Shown in pieces: positions 26,255-38,100 of a stretch of DNA of 64,000 bases. The notes beneath the pieces are model-generated. The model ran no database searches. It had not been told where the DNA came from and saw only the letters and a program-made list of their open reading frames with translations. Every line of letters begins with the position of its first letter. The stretch's first letter is position 1. The translations under genes and the position numbers were made by a program. Source of the DNA: Takakia lepidozioides (lineage: Eukaryota; Plantae; Bryophyta); assembly GCA_030704615.1 (NCBI GenBank), contig CM060732.1:2976001-3040000 (forward strand), written 5' to 3'.

Positions 26255-26935
26255 ATGTACGTCCATTCCTTCCAGGAGACTAGAAATGCCCCCCAAGCGA
26301 CCAGGAGGAGGCAGCTCGAAAATAGTATTACCATCAAAAGATTCCGGCAAGAATGCCACCCTCTGAATATTGAAAGTGCTCCAGTCTATCCCCCTCAACT
26401 CACTCTTGAAACCTGCCATCCCTCCCATGGCTTTCAGTTTAGGAATGACACTGGTGATCTCCTCCACATCTGCTTCTACAGGTGGACATGGCTGATCCAC
26501 GGGCGGTATTGCACATGTGTCATCGGAGGATGAGTCCGAAAGCTCAACTACAGTGTTAACGGTACTCGTCTCCTTCTTGACAACCACGGGTGTTTTCTCT
26601 TGGGCCACTGATGCTGCCGTGCCAGGAGTAAGGAAAGATCCTGCAGACTGTCTCAGAGGGGCACTGGGCACCCTGTATCTGCCTGGAGGCACTCTCCATT
26701 GTGTGGCTGGTGCAGTATGCGAAGGTTTCTGGAACACGTACTTGAGAAGTTTTCCATTGGCATCGTACACTTCCCTTTGAAGGAATAGAGTTCCATTTTC
26801 CAACCGAAACTGCGTTGCGAGGACGTGTTCATGCACCAGCGCAAAACCATCATCTTCCACCTCGTAAGAAAATGGCACAGGGTGGTCCTCACTGAAGAAG
26901 TCCGCGTCAAGGGAGCCCATGGCCTGGGAGGCCAT
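26255..26935 (-). pseudogene. N-terminal part of a divergent homolog of the MULE transposases
   Basis: QWRVPP and SELRGIDWSTFNIQRVAFLPESFDGNTIFELPP..LEGMD align with EWQVPP and SELAGLDYSKLAIKSVTCLPADVDGNIFFEFPP..LTDMD of the 7401 ORF; similarity stops before DGHPW. Confidence 0.72.
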
Positions 26936-27658
26936 ATGTCGATGTTGCTTCAGAAAGTAGAGTTCACAGTCCGACCGTGCTTGTGAATGCAAATTGTGTG
27001 GGAGCGGAGTTTTTGGCGTCCTCACAGAGAATTGCAGGTATCGCTCCGGCTTGCAGATCTCCTAACGCGGGTTTCCACTTCTGTGAAATGTCTCCCCATG
27101 CAAACCAAGCGCATGGTCATAATGTCAGCCCTAATCCTAGAATCCAACTATTTTTTCACAAGTGCCCCACCAGTGCATTCGTTGACAGATTGACTGACAG
27201 AGCCGCCGTTTGGTTGTCATGTCAGAGAGGCCAGAAGAGATGCCCATTTCCATTTAATTTTAACTGCACCTACACCGCTATACAACTGTACACACTTGAC
27301 ATTCCTCTGGAACATGCCAGAATAACGAACTTTTTCAGATGGGAGGTGATTAGACCCCAACGGTTTTTGAATGGATGAGGATCCAATGATCTCCGCCGAT
27401 ATTTCATAACGATTAGATGGACACGTGTTCGCCATGCATGTGGAATGAGTCAGTGGCGCACTGAACGTTGCGAGCGAACATCTTGGCGTTGAAGGCCTTG
27501 CGATGAACCTCCCATAGTCCTCTTTTTTCCCTCTTCTCGTTATTGTCTTTGCAACCCTGGATTCTGCAGAGACGGTGACCCCATTCCGAGGGAGAAGCAA
27601 GCGTCGAAGAACACTTTATTTCACATCAAAGAAGCAAAGGGCACGCGCTAAGGAGAGG

Positions 27659-30600
27659 ATGAGGAAGGCGAGACGGGAACTTAGAATGGGAGAAGAAACA
27701 TCCGGCGTAGAGGAAGACGAAGGGCAGAACAGGATTCTGCAACCGCAGTGTGGAGAGGAAGGTCTTGAAGTGATCCCGGAGGCGACCGATGAGCAACCTC
27801 CAATAGAAGGGGGGGAGGACGAGGAAGTGAGCTGGGCTAGGGAGGAAGCACTGCGAGTAGAGAAACGGGTCTTCAAAGAGCAGGGAGAACAAACGGACGC
27901 GGAAACGATGCCGTCTGCCCTTGTTTCGCACCATCGGGACCTCCTTGGAAGCATGCTACCTCCAGACGAAATGGAAAGATTGAATGCGTCAGGAGCATCA
28001 TCAAGTGCAAAGAAGAAACCGGAGGTGGCTATGAACTCTCTTTCTCTCTCTGTGATTCTTTCTGGTTCTTATTAAGCATTGAGGTCGACATCAACCTTGC
28101 GTCAACGCAAGGTTGAAGTCGACCTCCCAAGTGTATATATTGTGCATGAAAACAGTGCAGATGCTGCTCTACAATCAAGCTAGACAGACATGGATGCTTG
28201 CGACGCATCATCAAGTTCGAAGAAGAAGAAGAGACATCAATCAACTTTTCCTGTAGCTTTTGTGTTTGTTCAACACCGATCCGAGAGCTCGCAATCAACC
28301 TTGCGTCAACGCAAGGTTGATGCCTACCTCCATTGTGTATGATAGAACTTCTAGTGAAACGAACAGATGCCGCACATGAATCAACATTGCGTTGACGCAA
28401 GGCTGGTTTTGATGAGTTTTTTGTTCAATGGAGGCGTCCGATCTCTCATATCCTGAAATGTAAGGTAGCGAAAGTTGATTAGTTGAAGCTCCCAAAAGAA
28501 CCCTGCGTCAACGCAAAGCACTTTTTTGCTTGAAAAGTCTTTCCTGTATGCTTTTCAGTCTAAACTACATCCCCATCAATCAACCTTGCGTCAAAGCAAT
28601 GTTGATCCATGGGTGCTCAATCTGTCACTCACAGATAATTCATTCTGTGCAGAGGAAAAGAAAAAAGAAATCCGAGGGGGAAGATTTGGCCGCGTCAGAA
28701 GGTGAAGGTGAGGAAGATGCATTGGAGGGAAACTATGAAGACAAGGCCGAGGAGATAATTGGTGGGCAAAAAGTGAACTCGTCGAAGGTGATTCTGTCGA
28801 TGGAGGTTCCGGGCGGAAACCTGGTCATTCCGCTGTGCAGGATGATCTCCATGCCCGCTGTTCGACCGGCTTTGAGGAACGATATAACGAAGTTGAAGAA
28901 CGACTTTGTTCATGGCTATGTCAAGGGATCAGCAGTGTTCTACGTATCCACTATGAACACGAAAGGAGAGGAGTGTCTTGTAACAGAGGACATTCAACAA
29001 GGTTGGGATGCATGCTGGCGGGATGTAAACAGGGAGTTCGAGTTCAAGCTGTCCAAAAAGGCCTCCACAAAAGCATTCATGGAAAAGATGTTTTTTGTCT
29101 GGGATGGGAACCACAGACTGCTTGTTTGGATGGATTACATTTCAAGCTTGCACTCGGACGACATCGAATGGCACTGGAGCGTGGTTTCCATGGTTCTCGA
29201 TCACAAAGGACATGTCACGCAGCTCTTGACAGCCATGCACGACATAAACAAGTAAGTTTCCAACTTTGTGTCTGTTACTTGTTTCGACAATTTGAAATCA
29301 TCTTATGAGTTGAAGGTTTTTCCAGGTCCAATGAAACATCTCATGTGACGACCAATCTGTGCCACACTCTATTCCGCATCCAGAAGGTAGGGCTGATGCC
29401 ACTGGAGTCATTCACGAACGTGCTCAGTCCTCAGCAGATGAAGAGGTGTGCTGAGAAGAAGACAAGCACATGGTACAGCTTGACAAGGGAGGCTTTTCTT
29501 GAGTACATGTACACTGTAAGCTTTTTGACACCTTTTGCCTGTTAATACTGCAAATTTTGTGATGAAATTGCAGTCTTTGATTCTTTTTACCTGTTATGTA
29601 TGCAGCAAGAAATAGCAGAAACTGGATTGAAGGCGAAAGCAGAGTACTATGATTCCCACACAGAAGAGCAGCGGTCTGCAACTGGGCTTGAGGACATTAT
29701 GAAGTTTGAGATGAAAAATCAAAGGAAGAACCTCATGAGTGCATTCGACAAACAGATCCGGATAGCAGACCCAGGTCTTGGCACGGAATTTCTGGAACAG
29801 GTGAAAGCACACTATGATAAGTATGGCTCCAAGCCAGAAATGACTCAAGAGAAACTACATCGCCTTTCCATTTCAATGGTGGACAATGCAACCAAAATCA
29901 GGTGGTTGGAGATATGGAATTCGGATCCTCTTGTGAGAGACACGAACATGTTCCCAACTCCAGAGAGGGACCCGAAGACACAAGCAATAAGAGTTGTTAG
30001 CGACCACACATTCGACCAGTGGCTACACAAAGCCACATTCTGGAGCCAGGTAAGGTTTGAACCAAACCATTTTCAGACATTTTTGATGCTCCGTAACCTC
30101 TTGAAAATTCTTACGAGCTTTCTTGTTGCAGTTAGAAAAACGTGCAGTGGCTGCACTTGCTGAGTCGATGGCAGACTACAAAATCCAGATGGCTTGCCCC
30201 CGGATCACACTCGAGGCCTATATCAGGAGATGGAAGCTCGCCGTCTGGAACAACTGCTTCTTCAGGGAGTTTGAGAAAGAGAAAGGAATCTCCAGGTCTT
30301 ACGAATTCAAAAACCAGTACAACAGCGAGCAAGCAATGAAGCGAGTGTTGTATAGGTGTGACCTCCTTGAATCAAAATTGGTGCTTGAAAGGGCATGTTT
30401 CTGCAATCTTGTGTCGTTCTTTCCATAAGGAATTGCGAATTTGCAGTGCTTTGCGATATCTCTGAGGGTTCTGCATGTGCAGTCGAGCAACATTGCGTTA
30501 ACGCAAGGTTGATTCCCATTGTCCTGGTTTCACTTACCTATACCTGCCCATAATTCCGTTTTTCCGAATGTGAAAGGGATAAACTGACTGGAAAATCAGC

Positions 30601-32963
30601 CTTGCGTCAACGCAAGGTTGATGAGGTGTCAGGCTATGTAGCTTTTCCTGTGGTTTTGGGCAGTTCAAATCCAGTTCCAATGCTGCCAAGATGAACATAA
30701 GTCTGTTTTGAGTCGGTTTGAAATGCTATTTTCAACTTTAAGTGTACCAACAAACAGACTTGCGTTGACGCAAGGTTGTTTGGCGGTATGGTTTGCTGCA
30801 AATTTCCCGCAGCCATCCATCTATTTCAATACAATTGTAGGAAACTTATGATTATCAGATACCATTGACATGTGTTTCAACAGAGGATTTCAACATTGCG
30901 CCAACGCAATGTTGAATATCCGCACCAGTACATAGTCTGATGGTAGTTTTCATGCAGTGTTTTCCATTTCCTCTCAACCCTAAAACAACCTTGCGTTGAA
31001 GCAATGTTGAATCGCGCTTCCATTCGTTGTCTCTATCAATACAACATTATCATTTGGTGTTCCCCATTTCTGCTAGAATGAACATTGCGTCAACGCAAGG
31101 TTAATTCGGGATTTCAAAAGTAGAATTCTCAGTTTTGCATTCCTGCATTTCAATATCTTTTTCCGGATGTGTGTTCTATTTCGTTTTCTGATCGAATGAC
31201 TGTCTGCGTTTTTTGTATGTGATTCAGGTATATGTATCATATCCTTATACCGGGAAAGTACCTTAGCGATGACCCAGACTTCATCTATTCATGGGCTGAC
31301 CCCTCCAATAACAAGACAATGTACACGGTTGGTATTGCCAAAGACTGGAGCAAGGTGCACTTCCGAGACTGTGGGTGGTACCTCGACCTGCCAAAACACG
31401 ACACCCCATTCGATGGAGTTGTTTTGAGAAACCTGAACGACAATGCCGCAGCGATTGCCCCATTGGCTGAGAAAGACATCCAGGACAGAATCATTTCGGC
31501 TCTGGCTGCAAAAGAGCCCGAGAAAACTGCTACTCCAAAACAAAAGGGGAAGGTTGTCGGGGATCCGAAGGGGAAGGGGAAAAGTGCAGCTCCGCAAGGA
31601 CAGGGACCGTCAGAGGTTCCTGAAAGACAGCCTTCTCCCGCAAGGAGGGATAGGAGAACTTCAAACTCCAGGGAGCAAGTTTTCGAGGCGAGAGAACATC
31701 CCTCCAGGGTTTTGGGCCAGTTCAATCGTAAGGTGCTGAATGAAAGTTTTCTTTCAATGATGGAGTCGAGGAAGTCCACATTCAAAGGGGTGCCCTCGAA
31801 ATCGTGGGACATGCTTGTTTCGTTCCTCACTCAGGTGAAAACTTATGTCTAAACTGTTGTATAATAATTGTGTTTGGCAGCTTGTTGTGGCTTGTCCAGG
31901 GGATTGATCTCATGTTAGATTTGGATTGGGCTTCTTACAATGTCTCATGTTTTTGGCTGTAGGTCACAAAAAGTCCGGAATGGGTGAATGGAGTTCAACA
32001 GGCATACGCGACTGATCTTGTGGTGCTGGACATTCCTGACGGTTTTCCTGTCCCTGATGTGTTTCCTTCCAATTCGACCCCGACTTGGAACAAATCGGAT
32101 TCTCGTTACTGGCAGTGGGCTTTCTCGTTCAGCAACAAGTTCCTTTCGGACTCGGGGGCTCTTCTTCTCATGCAGTCAAAGGACATGTCGGTTCGAAGAA
32201 CTCTTTTCAGCTACATGAAAGCTTCCGGGTTTCGTGTCATCAAAACTTGGACATGCATCAATACTCTGCCTCTTACGAAGGGCGAGTTCCCGGGGCAGAA
32301 AGTGAGTTGGTTCCTTTCAATTGATGTTTCGTGGTTTTCCGGTAAATCAAAATGGTGGGTTATGTCTTTTGTCTCATTCTATCTTCGTGATTAATGACAG
32401 ACACGAGTGTTCGAAGCTTTGTGCCTGGTGAGGCGGACGGACACTCTTCCTGCTGGTGTTGCTGAGTTTCAGTTGAGGGACCTTGCAGCTCACATTGACC
32501 CCACCTGCGAGCCTGTGGAGGATGATGTTATCTTCAATTACGTCGACTCGGGTCGGACTATGAAAAGGATGAATGGTGTCCCTTGGAGAGGTGCACGGGA
32601 GAAATCTCTAGCTTTCATGCAGACTTTGGTGGAGACATGCAGCCGTCATGGTGGACGAGTTGTTGACTTGTCTATGGGCACAGGTGGGGCCCTTCACATT
32701 GTGTTTGACATATGGGCAGTGACCTTAGGGAAACCCGGTTTTTATTTCTCGTTCTTCTTGGATTTGCAGGAGCATGTTTTCATGCTTGCAAGAGTGCCGG
32801 AAGGCACTTCTTCGGCATGGAAGCTGATACGGAGCTCTTCTCAAGCGAGCTTCGTCAGCTTGAGTCGGGCACTACTTCTGCCCCATCCACAGAGGGACTT
32901 CTGGAGGAGCCCGAAGCGCCTGACGAGGATCTGGACGTGGACTCCGATTTTGAGTGTGAGTAA
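27659..32963 (+). CDS. 9-exon gene (~1,080 aa): ParB/Srx-like domain plus beta-class N4C/N6A DNA-methyltransferase-like domain
   Basis: Exons 27659-28024, 28653-29251, 29326-29515, 29606-30049, 30132-30355, 31228-31834, 31963-32301, 32401-32683, 32770-32963; all GT-AG and phase-compatible (3246 nt); motifs FFVWDGNHRL, DLVVLDIPDG, REKS..MQTLVE.CS..GGRVVDLSMGTG, AGRHFFGMEAD; start codon uncertain. Confidence 0.8.
28091..28606. repeat. Dispersed palindrome CAACCTTGCGT-CA-ACGCAAGGTTG in intron 1 (about 5 copies)
   Basis: Copies near 28091, 28295, 28381, 28499 and 28580. Confidence 0.88.
30488..31102. repeat. Same palindrome in intron 5 (6 copies)
   Basis: Copies near 30488, 30596, 30758, 30891, 30986 and 31081. 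Confidence 0.88.
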
Positions 32964-33939
32964 ATTCTTGTGTACTCGTGCAAAATATGTTGCATTTCCT
33001 TGTGTCGTTCCCATTCGAGAAATAGTGGCTTTCGTTGTCTATATCTGGATGTTAACATATACCACCATTCCTCTTCTTGCTTTGCAGAGTTCAGCACCAG
33101 TCATCGAATCAGCAGACGCCTTTCGGTTTCCAAGGATACTACATGTCCCCGAGCCCCCCTAGATCCAACCGCTTGCCGGTTTACGCGGAAGCTTGCGCAC
33201 GGGTATTATCCGAACAAACACTGTACTCGCATCTCCATGAAGGTCGAGGAAAAAAAAAACGTCATGGATGTGCTGCTGTATTCATAGATGATATTGTTGT
33301 ACACTCTGGAAGTGGTTCCTTTGAAACCTCCAATATTTCTTTAGGTTCAAGTACCGAGGCTCAATAAATTGTATTTTGGTTTTGCTTCCATCTCCAAACT
33401 GTTTTTCAAGTTCTTTGCGCGTTCCCGTAAGTACAGTTGGGGATTGCCTAAAATAGGTCTTCGGATTGCGGAATTGAAAAATGATTGTGTGTTGGAATGA
33501 ATGTACTGCTTTGCCCAAAAAAAATGTTTGCTTTTAATATTCAGTTCTCTAGTGGACGATCTCCTCATTCCAAAGTCATGACCTCAATCATAATTCATCC
33601 GCAAACCTGCCATTGTTCTCGGCCACAAAGAATATTCATGTGGGGGCCTTGAAGAGGGATAAAAAATTAGGACATAGGCGACAGCTGATCCGCGGTAATA
33701 GGGGGGGGGTAAGCACGGAATTACGGCCTGAACACGTGGAAGCTTGCTGACGTGGCGTGAGCCTAGCCAGGCTCACAGGCTCACAGGCTCACGCGGCCAG
33801 GCTCACGCACAAGCATTCCCCGGCTGGCGAACCTAGACGGTACCCTTCTCGAAATGTGAACTTGAGCTTGCCTGGAAGAGCCTGCCTGACGATGGGAAGG
33901 GGGACCATGCGACAGAGTGGAATTCGAAGAGTCCGCTAG

Positions 33940-35130
33940 AGTACCTTGCTGCCCCAGAACTCTGCCAATGCTACTATGTGTCTCCTCCAACATTGTATCC
34001 GCTGCACTTTGGAATTCCTCCGGAGACATTTCTGCAGGTGGTGGTAGGGGCTAAGTAGCTGGAGCATCCCCAACTGTAGCTATAGTCTGGGGAATCTTTG
34101 CGGGCAATTCTCGCATTGCAGAAGCCTCCTCCGGGCCTACAGTATTATGAAGTTCTTCCTCAACGGTGGTGAAGTGCTGCTGCGAACGTTGAGCAATAGC
34201 ACCCTCCTCCGCTGACAGATCCACGAAATTGGTCGATCTCGTTGCCTTCGCTGCAGCAGAGACGTCCCCAACATCACCTGCCTGGAAATCAAGCAGGAAT
34301 TGGGCTTTAGCTCGTGGAATCGGTTTTGCGGGAGACTGCTCCAACCTCCCCCTGTTTGTCTTATGCTTCTTCATTCTTGCAGATGAAGGTGTCTGCTGCA
34401 TTTGCATCTGCACTGCACCCTTCTGCTTCATTCTCTTGGGGAGGGGGGGGGGGGGGGGGACGGCCTGGTCCGGTTCGAAAACCAGTTCAAGGATGGGCTG
34501 CTTCTTCTTCGTCTTTGCTGGAGAAGGGCCCGACCCCTGCTGGCGATTCTCCATGACTTCAAACGCGAGTTTTCTCTGGGGCTTTGAACTGCAAAGACTT
34601 GCCATTCCAAACCGCGTCCTTGAAACGCACAGGGCTAGGCCCGACAGGAAGACCAGTGCTCATGGATCGGCTGGGTGTGTGTGCTGCAGCTACCTCCACG
34701 GATTCTTCCTGTGGCTCTTCGGATTCCTGCGATCCCTCCACCACCTCCACCTTTCAAGTTAGGCATGCAAACATCTTCTGCATTCAAGTGTCCTATCATA
34801 CAGTCTAAGAATTGCACAACGAAAATGAGGGAGGGTTTCGGTGCTCGATCAGCTGCGCGCATTCCGATAGCACAGAGCTCTCACTGATGGCTGGGTTGCC
34901 TGCGTTGCCTGCTGCAGCAAGATGACCATCTTTTCCTGAAGACGCATCTGCTTCCTCCCCTTTGGCATTGGCCTACGTCCGAAGTACAAATTGCGGAGCT
35001 TGCGACGATGTCTCTTCTTTAGTGCAAGAACTTCCTGCCTTTCAGGTTGGAGCATAAGAAGAACACTGACACGGAAAAGGGGCGAAGAATGCAGATGGAA
35101 AGGGCGCAAGAGGGGTGAATGAGTAGACAC
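33940..35130 (-). CDS. Probable spliced, low-complexity K/R/Q/E-rich gene or gene remnant, divergent from MULE copy 2
   Basis: ORFs 34849-35130, 34559-34750, 34051-34605 and 33781-34029; no domain recognised. Confidence 0.4.
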
Positions 35131-35167
35131 GACAAAAGAAGATGAAACGGCGATGATGCACTACTTG

Positions 35168-38100
35168 TGTCGCGCACCTCACTTCGGTAAGCTCCCCTTC
35201 AAGTCATAGTTACTCGCTTTGATGCGCGCGCCTAACTCCCAACCTAGCCGCCCGGCCAACTCGGAGCTTCGACTGCTCACTGGGACATAACGGTCCCCCT
35301 TTTTTCCCCCAACAGACCCTCCACCAATTTGGGCCTAGTGGACATTCCCTTTGGTAGATGGCAGTCCAGAATAGCTCCCCACTTCTTGGTCGCTTTCCGG
35401 CTCGCTCGCTTACTCACTAGTTTTTGGTCACCATCAGGCTTGCACCGTTCTTGGGGTTACTACTCCTTATATATACTTCTGCGACTGTCCGCGGGGGTTT
35501 CACAAACAACCATGCCATTTTATGGCGAACCACCACGAAAACCCTCGACTCCCGGTGATGAGTCGCGGTGAGTCTTGGCCCACCCACCACGGTCCCATTG
35601 GACTGTGATGAGTCCCAAGACTCCCCACGACTCCCACCACAAGGTCTCCGCCCCCATGGTGAGTCCTATGCCACCCCCACTAAGTCCAACTAAGCTACCA
35701 CCACCCCTCATGGAACCACCCCCACCGCAACCCGGTGTGCGGGGCTCCACCTAGTGAGCGCCTCCGCCTCCTTGAGTGCCTTGGGCACTCAAGGGTGCTT
35801 CAGCCCCCGCATCTATTGTTTCCACTGCCCCCACCACAGGATCAGCCCCTCGACTTAAGCACTGCCTCCACCTCGTACTCAGGTTCATTTTCATGATCCA
35901 ACAGCACAGGTGGCGAACGCAACACTTGATGCCGATTCGGACGCGCTTCATCTTTGAAGTACGGCTTCAAAAGGGAGACGTGGAATACCGGATGCACCTT
36001 GTTGTTTGCCGACAGCTCCAATTCATACACATCCTCATTCATAACCTTCTGGATGCGAAAGGGTCCCGCATACGGAGGTACGAACTTCGGACTCACTTCC
36101 GGAGGTAGTCGGAAATTCTTGATGTTCAACCAGACCTCCGTGCCTGCCTCAAACTTAACTTCCCTCCGCTTCCAATTCGTCTGCCTTTCATACCGTTTCC
36201 TAGCTTTGGCAATGTTGTATTTTGCGAGCTTCAACAAACACTCGCGTTCTTCCAGTACCGCCGCTGCTGCCGGTTCCTCAACGTCCTGGGCGGCCCAACT
36301 TGTCGGCACCAGAGGTACTTTTCCATAGACCAATACGAAAGGGGAAACTCCCGTTGTGGAGTGTTTTGTGTTATTATAACAGAACTCTGCCGCATCCAAG
36401 GGCATTCCCACAGCTCGGTACAGGATGGTGTCTGATGGGGGTACGTGCCATTCGATTCCGCAACCTCCGTCGTTACCTAGCACGACAATGGTCTCAAGTC
36501 CAATTGGTCTGCCGACACGTAATTCCGCAAGATCTGCTTTACCACGGAATTCACCCTTTCCGTTTGGCCGTCTGTCGTAGGTCGGAAGGCGGTGCTCATC
36601 TTGAGCCTTGTCCCCATTTTCTTCCAAAGTGCCCTCCAAAATTTACTTGTAAACTTTGGATCGCGGTCCGAGACAATATCCTTCGGGAGTCCATGATGCT
36701 TGAAGACGTGGGCGAAATAAAGTCGCCCCGTCTCCTGCGCCGTTGCCGTCTCCTTGGTGGGGATGAAATGGCCCATTTTACTGAACCTATCCACCACCAC
36801 CATGATTGCATCGAATCTTTTTGATAGCGGCATAGCAGTCATGAAATCCATCGAGACACTTTCCCAAGACCCCTCTGCAATCGGCAAGGGTTGTAACAGT
36901 CCCGCTTGCTTTTTGTACTCGCTCCGGTTTTATTGGCATGTGGTGCATGTCTTGACATACTCCTCGGCCTCCTCCCTCAGTTTGGGCCAGAAATACTCTT
37001 TCTTCAAGAGTGCCGCGGTGCGCTTGGCTCCGCCGTGGCCCGCAAGCGGGCCATCATGACATTCTCTCAAGAGACTATCTCTGATCCCTCCCTTCGGCAC
37101 GTAGAGACGTTTTTGCTTATATCGGAGCAGTCCATTTTGCAAGTGAAACTGCGATTTAACCCCCATCCTCAAGTCCCGCATCACGGACTTCGCCATCTCA
37201 TCCTTCCGGTAAGCCTTCCGGATCTTCCTTTGGCCCCTGTACACCAACATGAGCTGCTGCTTTCTACTTAAAGCATCGGCCACCACATTGTCCCGTCCCG
37301 GTTTGTACTGGATATCCACATCGAACACCGCCAAAGTATCTTGTCACCTAAGTTGTTTTGGGGACAACTTATGCTGCGTGGCAAAATACTTCACCGTGAC
37401 ATTGTCCGTGAACACTTTCACCGGGTTGGAACCAACATAGTGGCGCCAAAGCTCAAGGCAATGCACCACCGCCTTCATTTCTCATGCGTAGGCCACCGTC
37501 GCTCCACTTCATTCAGTTTCTTACTTTCGTAAGCAACTGGACGTCCATCCTGCATGAGTACACCCCCTATTGCGAAGTTCGACGCATCCGTATGAATCTC
37601 AAATGGATGGTCGAACTCCGGGATTTTGAGGACTGGAGCTTCCGCCATCCGCTGCTTCAACTCGACAAAAACTTGGCCACAAAAGGTGTTCCATACCCAG
37701 ACTTTGGATTTACACATAAGGTCTGACATCGGCCCCGCGATCTTGGCGAAATTTCTCACATACTTCCGGTAATAGGAGGCGAGTCCTAGGAAGGATCGCA
37801 CTCCTGGGACCGAGTCGGAGGTTCCCAGTCCAAGATCGCCCTCACCTTCTTGTCATCCATTTTGATCCCATCCTGTGTAATCACATGCCCTAGGAACTCC
37901 ACTTTTGTGACCTCGAATTCGCACTTTGAAGCTTTGGCATACAACTTCCCTTCCCTCAATTTCTGGAACACCCTTTTGAGGTGCTCCAGGTGCTCTTCCT
38001 TTGTTTTCGAGTACACCATGATGTCGTCGATGTACACGATCACAAAGTCATCCAGCCACTCCTGGAAAAGGCTGTTCATTAGCGTGCTAAAGGTCGCGGG

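Noticed and set aside
27659-32963. Bacterial contamination as the source of the ParB-MTase or DnaE sequences
   Set aside because: Both have spliceosomal splice signals and sit among plant TEs and genes.
32964-33367. Tenth coding exon of the ParB-MTase gene
   Set aside because: Splicing 32955 to 33088 creates T|AG (stop), so the protein ends there either way; likely 3' UTR.
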